Positions 52,341-64,000 of a stretch of DNA of 64,000 nt are shown in pieces. Numbering within the stretch: the stretch's first letter is position 1; each line of letters opens with the position of its first letter. This DNA comes from Podarcis gaigeae (lineage: Eukaryota). The notes beneath the pieces were generated by a model. The model worked only from the letters and a program-made list of their open reading frames with translations, ran no database searches and was not told the DNA's origin. The stretch lies in assembly GCA_964106915.2 (NCBI GenBank), contig OZ066916.1. One strand, 5' to 3'. The position numbers were made by a program, and so were the translations under genes.

Positions 52341-53094
52341 TATCGGGGTTCAAGTCTATTTGGGTTCAAGTTATACGTAGCACTTAAAGATGCTTCAAAT
52401 GCATAAGGTGCTAAAAGAGGATCCCTTTGAACTCTGAAAGGAAAGATTTCTAGATCTTGCATTAACTCCACTATTCTAACATTCCAGTAGAATAAGAAAT
52501 GTCCTAAGGCTTAAGCCACTTTGCAACTATTCCTTATTTCAGCATTTGTACCCTGCTTTTCCTTCCAAAAAGGAAGCTCAAATAAGCAGCGTCTGATTAA
52601 GGGCGAGTCCTACACCAGAGAGGATGGCAGAACGTTCCTATTCAGCCCAAAGTGAATTATGGCTATGACTGAATAATACTGAGCCTGCTGGTGCCCAGAG
52701 GCATAACTGGCAAAGGAATGAATCAATCATGGTACAATGCAAAAAAAAGGGGGGGGATGTGGGGGGGGGGAATGAAATGCAAGTTCCAGTATTACACCAT
52801 AGTAGTTCTCTGTTAACAGTTAAGCAATCGAAACCGGTACTTGCATTCATACTTGGCATGCGCCTGATAAGATTACAGGAAGAATCCATCCTAAAATAGG
52901 TTGTATCATATGACAAGGCAAAAGAGACTCAACTTCTCCTTAAATACCAGTTTAAATAGAAGTTAGCATGGGACCTCAAACAACCAACAGGTCCAAAACT
53001 GGGGGAGTTGTGGCCTTCACTTTTTAATGGAGACATTAAAAATTAGTAACATTTCATTATTATATTAATAATATTCCTGAAAGATAAGAGTGCA

Positions 53095-53172
53095 AGAATG
53101 TAACAGGAGCCCTGTTGGATCAGGCTAGTGGCCCATCTGTTCTCACAGTGGCCAACCAGATGCCTGTGGAAA
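53095..53172 (-). mobile_element. CR1-type 3' fragment
   Basis: gagccctgttggatcaggctagtggcccatct...ctcacagtggccaaccagatgcc. Confidence 0.55.
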
Positions 53173-55894
53173 TCACACGAGCGGGACCTGGGGGCACTGT
53201 TACTTGTAAAGCCTGTGTGCGCTCTGAAGTGCAGCCATTGATTAATTCCATAATCAACAAAAATATTCCACAAAACGTAGCATTAGCTTCATGCATAATT
53301 CAGTTTACAAGTTATAGCACGCATCATGACAGACCTGCTTTAAGGAAGCTCTGCTGCCAATGAAACATTTAAGAACTTGACTTTAAATATGTCATCCTTA
53401 CAATTGTTAATAGCAACGAAGTTATTTATAACATGAACTAGGTAATGTGCCGTTTTATTACACAATCAGTGAGACCAGTATTTGTTTTCTACTCATCCAC
53501 TGCACTTTTTTTCAGAGGTTACAGCAATGCAGATAAACACGATAGTATAAATTTGAAATACTCTGCTTAACTGTGACATTTCTCCAATATAAGCACACTG
53601 CAAAACACACAAACTCAATCTCACGAAATATGTTCAGCTTCCAGAGCACATCTTCTGAGTGCAAAATGACATTTGCATTTCAAAGTAAAATTTGATTTAG
53701 GGAGCATTTATCCTTTTACCATCTCAGAGCCAATTACTTAGCAGCACCTCTATCAAGCAAGTTTTGTTTTAAATGTCTTTCTTGGACTTTTGGCCCAGGA
53801 ATCTGGATCCTTCATGGAACCCAATGCTATTGTAACCCTAAAAACACTCTTTTATTTGATTCTGGAGGCCATTAGGGGGTTGTTTTTGTTAAGCTGAAAA
53901 ACATTAGCAGGCAAGAAGTGGTCTGAAAAACAGATAGGCCATTTACTTGAAATACTTTTTAAATATACATACTTAACATCAACTTGCTTACCAATTTGTA
54001 TATTTAAAGACATTTAGTTTATATGCAACACACTGCAATAAAATAAACTCTCTCATCAATGTTAACATAGCAACATGAACTATTGTTTCACCTTGGATTT
54101 GGAGTCCTTCCACGACTGCAATGGATGTGAACTCAGCAAGAATGAGAATGTAACTACAGTTCTAATACAAGAGGGAGCTACATTCAGACACACTGCTTCA
54201 GGCACAAAGCATCTAGTTAACTGTGCCTAAGGAGACTCAAAGCCTTGATTCATCCCTGAATTCAGGTTGACAGATTCAAAAAGAATTTGGGTCAGTTTTT
54301 GCTGGTTGCTGTTTATTTCAGCAAGGTGACACTATAAACACTGCAGAGAAAAGGAAGCATATTTGCTTATTTTGAAGAGTATACTGCTGGAGGGACATGG
54401 TAAGAGATAATGAAGTGTTTCAGAAACCTGTATTAACTCTGGGTTGCATTCAGTTGTGTCCTTCCCCTGATGAGAGAGTATTTGATCCAGTGGAGACTAG
54501 AGGGGGTACAATCTTTGCTGGTTCCCCAAATCAGCTCTTTGCCCCCAAAATTTGCTTTGGAGAGTCAGAAGACCAATAGGCAGCAATGTGAGAAGGGGTG
54601 CAGGAGAAAGGGGGAATCTGCAGAAGTCACATCTTCCCCCTTTCTACTCAACTCAAGCCTCTGCTAGGTCAACTAGTCTTGTATCAGCAGAAGAACATTG
54701 CTGGATGCAAGTCTACCTTCACCTCATTTCTAATGTCATGCTTTGCTCCCATCTAGTCCTTCCCAACACTTCAGAACACGGATCAGGCAGCCTGTCTCAG
54801 ATTAGACATCATTAGAAAACAGATTCAGAAGTGACAGGCCACCAATAAGGTACTCAGTGCAAAGCAGTACTGATTACATTCTCTGGTAATAGGATAGGAC
54901 GTAAATGGAGGAGCCAATACTGGGAAAGTAGCCAAAGAGGAAATATTAGTTATAAAGGGTGCTTAGATTTATTCAACCTTTGTTAGTCTCAACCTTAGTT
55001 TTATTAATATTTATCACAGCTAAAATTAAAAGATTAAAGCATATTAATTACTACTTTATTTAAAAGGTCAACTGCAAGCCTTTCATTACAAAGTGTGTGG
55101 TCATAAAATGTTGGTACAATTTTAAAATGATAGTAGCATTTGCGGGCTGGGACACATTAATTCACAAAGCTGCATAGAAATCTTTCTTTAAGTTGAGTGT
55201 CAAAAGAGAAGCTCAGGTTTTTATGTCCTGCACTACTAAATTCAGTGAACTATAATCCTCATACTTTATTAACAGCAGTGAGGTCATCAAGTTTTGCAGG
55301 ATTCAGAAAATTCTGTTTAGAATTTCAAAACATCGAACATCTGTTTACCTTTTAAAACTTAATGGCTTGCAAAAGCCCATATTCTTTTCTTACTGGTTTG
55401 CGATCTTAAAAGATGAAGCTAGCACACAGAATTATCAATAGACTAAAGCCATTCTGACTGGACATTCCAGTTCAGTCACAGAAGGGACAAAGGGGCACAG
55501 TAATGCTTATTGCTTCAATGCCCGGGGTCAGATTTATATGCCAAAGTGAACATAGGAAGAGAGATGAAGGACGCTCCAAGAGGCTATGATCTTTATCACC
55601 AGGTTAGTAGTAGGCATGTGTGCTTTCTATCAAAGGCTCTGCCAGAGAGATTATTTGCAGCTAACATAAGTGCTGTCCAAGTGTCATTCTAACAACTTGA
55701 TAGCCCACAGTAGGATCAGGTGGACATGCAGATGTCATTCTTATGCATGCCCATTCAGAAGGGTTACTAGTCAGATAACACAGATGTCACTCTAAACCCT
55801 TGGTAGAAGAGTAATGGGTTGGATGAAGTGATAATGAACAAAGCTCTGCTCAGGATATGGGCCTTTCCTGCCTTCATCTCATTGCAATCTGTGT

Positions 55895-56287
55895 AAAGGT
55901 AAAGGTAAAGGTAAAGGTAAAGGTAAAGGTAAAGGTAAAGGTAAAGGGACCCCTGACCATTAGGTCCAGTCGTGACTGACTCTGGGCTTGTGGCGCTCAT
56001 CTCACTTTATTGGCCGAGGGAGTTCACGTACAGCTTCTGGGTCATGTGGCCAGCATGACTAAGCTGCTTCTGGCGAACCAGAGCAGCGCACGGAAATGCC
56101 GGTTAACTTCCCGCCGGAGTGGCACCTATTTATCTGCTTGCACTTTGATGTGCTTTTGAACTGCTAGGTTGGCAGGAGCAGGGACCGAGCAACAGGAGCT
56201 CACCCCGTCGCAGGGATTCGAACCGCCAACCTTCTGATCAGCAAGTCCTAGGCTCTGTGGTTTAACCCACAGTGCCACCCGCGTCCC
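55895..56287 (-). mobile_element. Sauria SINE with expanded (TAAAGG)n tail
   Basis: About 9 hexamer units at 55893-55947; ends gccacccgcgtccc; degenerate TSD tgcaatctgtgta / tgcagcccgtgta. Confidence 0.9.
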
Positions 56288-58064
56288 TGCAGCCCGTGTA
56301 CTCTCTGACAAAGCCATTGCTAAGAATGACAAAACGAGGGGCTATGGCAAGAAGGGGTAACTGGGATAGCTATACAAGATGGAAATGCCTTCCGCTTTCC
56401 TAGGGAGTAGTCTGGATCCAAACCTATTTGTTAAAGTGGATTAATAAGCTAGAAACAGTGCAGCAATTCATTTAAAACCGCCAGGAAATAATGTGTTAAG
56501 CAGGCAGCACTTTGTACTTTAGTGTGCACTTACTAGGAAAAAACAATATTATCAAAATATGGCCTGCTTTCTAGAATAAAAATTAAGCTGGGCTACAATT
56601 TTTCAGAAGAGGAACATTTTCCAATAATTTCTCTTTTTGGGGTCCCCCTAAACTATAAGTGAAATATCATCCCCCCCTTTTTTTGCTGCCCATGAATAAC
56701 ATGGAGAATTTCAGGCACAACTATGGATTTAGTTTTAATATTAATTCTAATTTATTTAAAAAAGAGAGTAATAAGCTTGGCTTCTATTTCTTCTGGTCTT
56801 CTTTTTTAATCCATAGCTCAAACTGCTGGTGAAAGAAACAATACAGTCCCCCCACCCCTCTCACTCACTCAAAATAAAGAACCGAACCTTGAATCTGATA
56901 CGCCATACTATTGTGCACTATTATTGTTTTAGTGTATACACATTTCACTTTCTGTGCTTTAGTACCCCCAAAGCTGTGCACTGACACAGTTTCTCACAGC
57001 TATTCCAGAACAGCCCAGAAGCCAAATATGTGACTAGTGACACATTTCATTTTTCGGAGATTGCTCTTGGCAATGATACGAATCCTAGCCTAGTCAACCA
57101 CAATGTCCAGAAACTTCCTAGCATTTGCTTACGCTGAAGATTCAGTTACGAGTTGCTCATTCTCGAAAACATAGTATAAAAACACTGTCATCTTGATGCT
57201 TTAAGTGTTACCCTTTAGCAAACACTGCCACTTGGGGCCTCTCCCCACAATTGCAATGACCGGGGACTTTACATATTAATGATACTGAGATTTTCAGGGG
57301 CAAAGCTTTCATTGGAGGAAAAAACAGTTATAGCAATTATCACATACAGTCGTACCTTGGGTTGGTTGCCTATAAAGACAGCATGTTTGGGAAGGTGACA
57401 AGGAAGCATAGGGCATTAACGACTCTTTATCAGGGCAGGGCCAACGGAGCTGTACAAGGGCATCATTGGTGGGCCAACCAGAAAGGGAATAATTTTCCTT
57501 TGGGGATGCCACTTCTTTGTTGACCTGCTCCTTTGTTTTTAAAAACCTATGCTCTTATATATTATTATTATTATATTTATAAAATTTGTATACCACCCTA
57601 TACCTGTAGGTCTCAGGGCAGTTCACTGTGGAATGGTAAAGGATACTTATTATCTGCCTTTTGGGACAATAAAGAGGGAGAATGGAAGCTTTTCCGCACT
57701 CCAGAATGAGAGCCGACTGTTGCGGATCTGGCTGCCCTGGCTGGGAAACAGGTGAGGAGCGGGATGTTGTATGCCTTGTATGATTTTCTCTCTCTTCAGG
57801 ATCTAGTTATAAGAAGAAGTTGGTTACCTAAACTTCTCAATCTGGTTTCTACTTGAGGGCGAAATCATCCTGGGGATACCTGCTCCCTGTGATGAGAAGT
57901 GGAAGAGAAGTGCATGCACCCTGGGTGAAAGATGGGGGAGACTTGTTTCATGACTTGGGGGGGGGCGGGGTTGATGCAGGGTTGTCGGTTCATACTTTTG
58001 CAATTTATACTGTTCTGATTAATTTAAAGTATCTTTATTGTTTTGATGCATTTATTGTTCTGAA

Positions 58065-58101
58065 GCTGGGATAGCTCAGTAGAGCATGAGACTCTTAATC
58101 T
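58065..58101 (+). mobile_element. tRNA-Lys(CTT)-derived SINE head fragment
   Basis: gctgggatagctcagtagagcatgagactcttaatct covers D-arm and anticodon arm only. Confidence 0.6.
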
Positions 58102-58488
58102 TACTCTGTCTTTACAATATATCTTTTCTGTGTATTTATATATTAAGAAGTGATGTCTTTATTTGTTAATGTTTTATTGTTGCTGTGCTTAGTTGCTGCA
58201 AAAGCAGCAAACATTAAATCAAAACGTAAAAAAAACAAAATCAAATCCTATACATGCCTGTTGTAGAGTTCATGATGCTGACTCCCAAGTAAATGGATAT
58301 AGGATTGCAGTCTTACAGGTTCTAACATTTTATTGTTCAGTTGTATTTATGATGACTTATCAAAACCTTAAAACACACCTGTCCCCTTCATACATATACC
58401 AAGCATATTTCCTACTCCTGCTATTAGAAGCTAATTTTCAAAACTGGCCCATACTTTACTCTAAAATTAAGAAATACTGTTCAAATAC

Positions 58489-58582
58489 CTGGAGGTAGGG
58501 TCTCGATGTTTTGCAATTTTTCGTTCCCATTATTACTGCGTTGTTCTTTGTTGTTTAATGCATTAACGTTATTTGGGTCATC
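58489..58582 (-). CDS. GALNT2: GALNT2 exon 2, stem region (DDPNNVNALNNKEQRSNNGNEKLQNIETLPP)
   Basis: tcag / gtattt boundaries; 94 nt; ends ETLPP|G as in mammalian GALNT2 and is in phase with exon 3. Confidence 0.92.
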
Positions 58583-60229
58583 CTGAGAAGACAAAAAACA
58601 GATTTGTCATTAAATTCACACTTGACAAAGTTTGTCAAGGAGAGAAATAACTACTTTACTTCCTGGAATCAATAAAATTTTAATTCAAAGTAAAGTGACA
58701 GCCTCAATTAGCAAGAGGGATTATTGAGCAATGGAGCATATATGCAGTCATTTCAGTCATCCACTATATGTGGAACAAGTGAATAGTACAAGATCTATTG
58801 CCAAGGCTACCGCAAAAAATCCTTACGATGACAACAAAAACCATTTACTAGAAAACTACGTACCTTTATAGCTAACACACTGTGGCTGGCCAAAAATTAT
58901 TAAATATCCAATATTCAGGAATGTGCATGACATGCAATGTGTTAAAATATATGCTGGGTAATCAGACCACTTTATCAGAACCGAACACCACAACTGAGAA
59001 CTGTCACATATCTACAGCAAGTTATTTTTCCCACCTGTCTAGATTTTACTAAGCTCTGTTGTGATATTCTACTCCACGTGGGAGTTATTCGACCATGCAT
59101 TAACTTTCCAAACATCTGTTTCTAATTCTGTATACTATGAAAACGAGAAAGTACCCTGTGAGTCACTCCTCCCTCCAAGCAATGATGAAATAAATGAAAT
59201 AAACAGCTTCAAATTCTGAGAAATTTTAAGATGCAGGGCTTGTAACATGAGCTTGTTTTCTGTGTCATAGTTGTTTGATTTGCCTTAGAAGGGATTAGAC
59301 AATATTCCTTAGACTGGCTTACAATTTTATAATGTTAACAGCCGAATTCATTTCTGCGTTTTCACAGAACCAAGCACAAGCTCCTCAGCAACAGAAATTA
59401 CATGGCAGTCACAGTAATCTATAAATTTCCCCCTTCTAATCGCAGGTATATACAGGTGGGGGGGGGAGCCAGGTGCACTTGTCCTAGGCCTTGGAGGGCT
59501 AAACCGGCCGGCTGGGGGGCACCAGAGACTGGCTAGGAAGTGGGCTAGCTTGCTTCTGCATCTATTATACTGAATATGAATACAGCTCAAATCAGTGGAT
59601 TCATTGCTATCTTTAGCTTTAAAAATTGGGCATCCCTCCCCTCATCCCCCTATGTGCACTGCTGTACAATAAAGACAATATATTATGCTAACTTTTGTAA
59701 ATCTTGTGTTTTGAAAACCAGTTCTACCCCAGTGCATTTTTAATGAGTTAACAGCAACTGGAAGAAATACCAACAAAAACCAGAAATGAGTAAATATGCC
59801 TATTTTATGAACTTGTTGGTCCTTATTCTACATCTTGCATGTGAACTTTTCTTCAGAGTCATGCTTTTGTGTTTTGGCCTATTGATTTCCCAATAATCGA
59901 GTTTAACTCAGTTGGCCGTTAAGACTTTAAAGTTTGTGAAATATGAGCCTCTATGTAAACAAAAGCCAAGAGAGAGGGGGGGGGGGAGAAACAGAAATAT
60001 ACTTATCATCATACTGATGGCTCTGTATTGGGGTGTTAGTTTATATCATTTTAGGAATTACTGCATTTGGTACACACCTTTAAATTGTTGCATAAAAAGG
60101 CAACCTGTTTGAAACAGAAGGACCACAAGTTTACTCTTCCCAAATTAAAAATGTTTGTAGTTTCTTTTAAAGGTTAGATTGTATTACATTTGCAACACAG
60201 CAAGCTGTCAGTCCAAGTCAGACTGTAAA

Positions 60230-60372
60230 TTCAGAATTCTACGCTGAATGACAGCAACTCTCCAGGGTTTCAGACAGGAATCTTTCCAAGCACAACCTGG
60301 CGATGGCAGAAATTGAACCAGCAATGTTCTGTGTGCAAATCATGTGTTTCACCACTGAGCTACAGCCCTTCT
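60230..60372 (-). mobile_element. Old tRNA-derived SINE
   Basis: ctccagggtttcagacagg...attgaacc...ccactgagctacagcccttc (reverse-complement tRNA head). Confidence 0.55.
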
Positions 60373-63161
60373 TCAATTGGGGGTGGAGGTAGTGAGAGAA
60401 CTAGAACCATGTTTTCACTATAATCCTAGCCCTGAACATCTGCATTCCTGGAAGTAGGGAGAAAATGATGGGACAGAATATTGGCTGAGGAGATGGCAGA
60501 TAACTGCATAACAAAACAGGCTCCGTTTATGGTGCTATAATCCATAATTAAACGTAATTCTTACTGAACTCAATGGGACTTGGCAATACAATTGTGACAG
60601 GTTAATGCCAACATAGCTTATTTGCTAAATTTAGTTAATTTACACTCCACTTTTAGGTAGAAACAACCTCCCACAAGGCAACTTACAGCACTATAAATTT
60701 CAAGGAATATTGCTTAGATAGAGTTAATACAGCCCCTGCTTTGATTTGCTCATGCTGTATTTTCCCCTATTGTGTTTCCCATGAAACATCTGAATGGAGA
60801 AAAAAGCCAAGCAGAGAACTACACAATCACTTCTACTAGCTGGATATATCTTCACAGAAGTTACAGAGCCAGGGACACCGAGTGGAAAAATCAGAATTTC
60901 CAGTGATAATAAAGAAAAGGGCACCCCCACCCCCACGGGGGCTTTGCCCTTTGAGATATATGACAGTTACTGCCCAAAAATCATGTACAACTGTAATTTT
61001 AAAGGAGACGATGGCAGCAGCCATTTCTCATGAACAGGCTTTAGTAAACTAAGCACAGAAGCCAATTTCTACAGACTCACGCCTGAAGCAAATATATAAA
61101 GGAAGTTATAAGTATTTAGATTAACTGACAAAGACAGCATGACGCACAAGCTTCACAGATGAGAATAATCCCCGTCCTGCAATGTTTTATAGCAATACAT
61201 TTACGTCAGCCCATGTAAAAAATGGCAGATAAAGCTAGGCAAACACTATTAGACGACTATTCAAATGTTCAGCATTGGGGGACTCAACTAATGATGCAGG
61301 AAGGTTTCTTCCACTATGCATCGACTAAGCACTTTTTGTTTCAAGACACAATACAGTTTGGTATGTTGTCTGTTGTAACACAGTGGATTTAAAAGCAGCA
61401 AATCTATCATTTCCGTGGTACCTTAGCTTTTAATTCCTATTTCTTATATACACTAAAGTACAAAAAGAGGAAGGTAACACGATCTGTAGCATTCTACATA
61501 GACAACCAAGGTACAAAATTTATTTGACCGTGTTTCTAAAATATGTCTAGATATCCTGACCAGAATTGATTTGTGCAGATCTGTAGCTCGAAACAGTCTC
61601 TCAGAAAGCCTGCAGAGTGTTTCTGGAATGTTGCAAATATTAATTACAACACCGTATAAGGAGAATGCAGGGTAAGTGGAGGGCAGGGAGGAGTTGGGAA
61701 GGCTAGAATGATTTCACCCCAGCCAGCACTCTCCAATCACAGTGCTTGGGAGCTTCTGTTGATGTTGGGGCTAGTTAGGTAATTCCTGCCTGTGGTCCAC
61801 AAGTGGGCGACCTGTAGCATAGGGGTGCATTTATGCAGCCCCTCGTACTTCCTGAAATTGCCTATCAGAGTTCCTTCCATTTGTTTTCTCCTTGTTTTCA
61901 TGGATTTTAAAAGTCTAGGTGCTTGCTCACCTGGGCTCCTAAAATATGGTGTTATTTTAATCTAAACTTAGGATAGTCAAACCTAGGAAGAGGAAACAGC
62001 TTTTTATCATATATTTTATTATATAAAAATTCAGAGTAGTAATTGAATGCCGTGGGGTGAGGGAACAAAAATCAAAACAGAAAAAGTATCCTTTGGGACA
62101 GTAAATCTTCCCAGCTTGTAAGAACACTAATCTTATAAAACTAACTCATTAAGAATAAAGGGAAAAGATGTTTCAGATATATTCCAAACAGCCAACACAT
62201 TGTAAGAATCTCAAGCAGGGATAATTTGGAAAACACGGGAACATTTAAAAACCCTGTCAATGACTGCAAAATAAATCTTCACTTAATTATGGTCGTTGTT
62301 GACCCACCATTATGTTTAGGTAGTTTAATGCAGCAAAGTTTTCAACTGAAGGTTAAAAAATTCACACTCTAATTGTTTGTATCTAAAATGAGAGTCAGTC
62401 CATATCTGTGCAATTATACACAGACGCTGGATGAATGCTAGGTTTGCTGAGATGAATTTCTCCAGACTGTGTGGAATGTCAATTATACCTTAAAACTGGC
62501 TTCTATAAAATAATATATTCCAAGCCATTGCCATTATTCTGAATAATGCCTAGCACTTTGGTTTTACAAAAAGATTCCCAAAGGATTATTAAAATGGACA
62601 CTGCATAAATATGGAGGCATTGGACAGAATGTCATTTGCACAAGGAAAATAGTTTATGTGTGGATGGTTTAATAAAATCCAAGAACACAATTTAAGATCT
62701 AGTGAATGGATTTATACAATTTAGGATGCTGAATACAAAACACATTTCAGTCACTAGCATGTTCTCCATCCCAAGATGTAGTAAAAGGCAGGGAAAGGTA
62801 AAGTTGGGTTGCGGCTTTTGGGAGGAGTGTCCCTCTGTGTACTTTAGGAAACTCCAAAATTAACTCTGCCCAGAAAGCACATATCTAAGAGAGATCTAAG
62901 TTAATTTCAGAAAGAAAACACATGCCAAAAACTATGAACTAATCCAAGTAAGTTAATCAGCACAAAGAGCTTTTCTATTCTAGTAAAGTTCCATAAAAGA
63001 CAAGAGATATAATGCTCAAAAATGAAGAACAGAATTGCCTTTGCTACAAAAATAGTGGGACAATTTCACAGTTCCTATGAATGGGGCTCCATTTACAACA
63101 ATTTACAATTGCCCCAGCTTCATTGTCCCCATCCCCCCAAATCTGCTCTGAAGGGTTGGGG

Positions 63162-63547
63162 CAGGGGTCAGCAACGTGCGGACCATGGGCCAGATGCGGC
63201 CCACGAAGACCGTTCTACCGGCCAACGAGCCACCCCCGAACCGAGCCGCCCGCTTGGCAAGTCCCCCTTGCACTGCGCTAAACCAGCACAGCGTGACCCG
63301 GGGACTCGCCGAGCGGCGCCAGAAAGTGCATCTGTGCATACGCAGATATTGGAAACCGCGTCTGCGCATGTCCAGATGCCAAAAATCACTTCTGCGCAGA
63401 CGCGATTTCCGGCATCTGCAGAAGCAATTTCCGGTGCTGCTGACATGCGCAGACGTGATTTCTGGCATCATGTTGCACCAGTCCGGCCCATGGACAATCT
63501 CCGTGGAAGTGATCCAGCCCATGGCCGGTAAGCCTTGCCAACCCCTG
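63162..63547. mobile_element. hAT (Charlie-like) MITE, GC-rich with internal degenerate tandem repeats
   Basis: TIRs caggggtcagcaa / ttgccaacccctg; TSD ggttgggg / ggttggag; repeated tctgcgca/gcgcaga units. Confidence 0.8.
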
Positions 63548-64000
63548 GGTTGGAGGTTCCATACTGGGAGGTGGCACAGAACGGAAGGAGAAATAGTGAC
63601 AATCACTACTCCTCTCCCTCTGAGATTGGCAGCCCCCATGAATCACGAGCACTTCTGCAAATAGATGTGCAACTCTGGATCTAAAACACTGTTTATACCA
63701 GATTAACAGGCCATTTCTGGAAAATTAAAAATGCATTGTGTAACAGTGTGACAGACATGAGAACAGCCTGGGATGTGTTGGAAGAGAAGATGCTTGCAAT
63801 TTCTTAAGAGAAGCAATTTAACAGCCAAGTTTTCTACATTCTTGAAACAGCCATCTGTGTGTTTTTATGTCCACTTTCCATTTGTAAATATATGCAATTT
63901 CTTTGCATTTAAGTGGTGCAATATTTAACACATTTGCTTCAAGAACAAAGTCGTACTAATAGAGTTTTCACTGTGGTAGGTTTAGAAGGCTGCAGTGTGT

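Noticed and set aside
55893-55947. (TAAAGG)n as a telomere-like or CRISPR-like array
   Set aside because: It is the expanded tail of the adjacent Sauria SINE and has no spacers
57744-57805. Plus-strand donor (cag|gtgagg) and acceptor (ctcttcag|) suggesting an antisense gene
   Set aside because: The implied intron is only about 48 nt and no coherent ORF links the flanks
58065-58101. tRNA-Lys gene
   Set aside because: Only the 5' half is present, with a deletion in the D-loop and no T-arm or acceptor partner; it is a SINE head
63022-63664. Six overlapping ORFs of up to 178 aa on both strands
   Set aside because: Explained by the GC-rich, stop-poor hAT MITE at 63162-63547; no recognisable domain

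Overview
Vertebrate genomic DNA from a squamate reptile. Sauria SINEs, a BovB fragment and the MITE repertoire suggest a lacertid-type lizard. Two conserved genes face each other tail to tail. The last three coding exons of PGBD5 (domesticated piggyBac transposase) lie on + at 392-7001. Exons 2-16 of GALNT2 (polypeptide GalNAc-transferase 2) lie on - at 58582-24072; they total 1590 nt (529 aa + stop), all junctions are GT-AG and in phase, and exon 1 is beyond the right edge. The rest is intron, UTR and intergenic DNA rich in Sauria SINEs, L2/CR1/L1/RTE fragments, and hAT and Tigger-like MITEs. The most striking structure is 6-7 kb downstream of the PGBD5 stop, probably inside a long 3'UTR. There, two different Penelope-like retroelement remnants form fold-back hairpins; one has a perfect 113-bp stem, and both carry minimal hammerhead-ribozyme core motifs. 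GALNT2 intron 12 is almost filled by an internally deleted DIRS-like element that keeps its ITR/ICR architecture. Nearly all ORFs in the supplied track are spurious. TE family names come from recognition, not a database search, and boundaries without target-site duplications are approximate.
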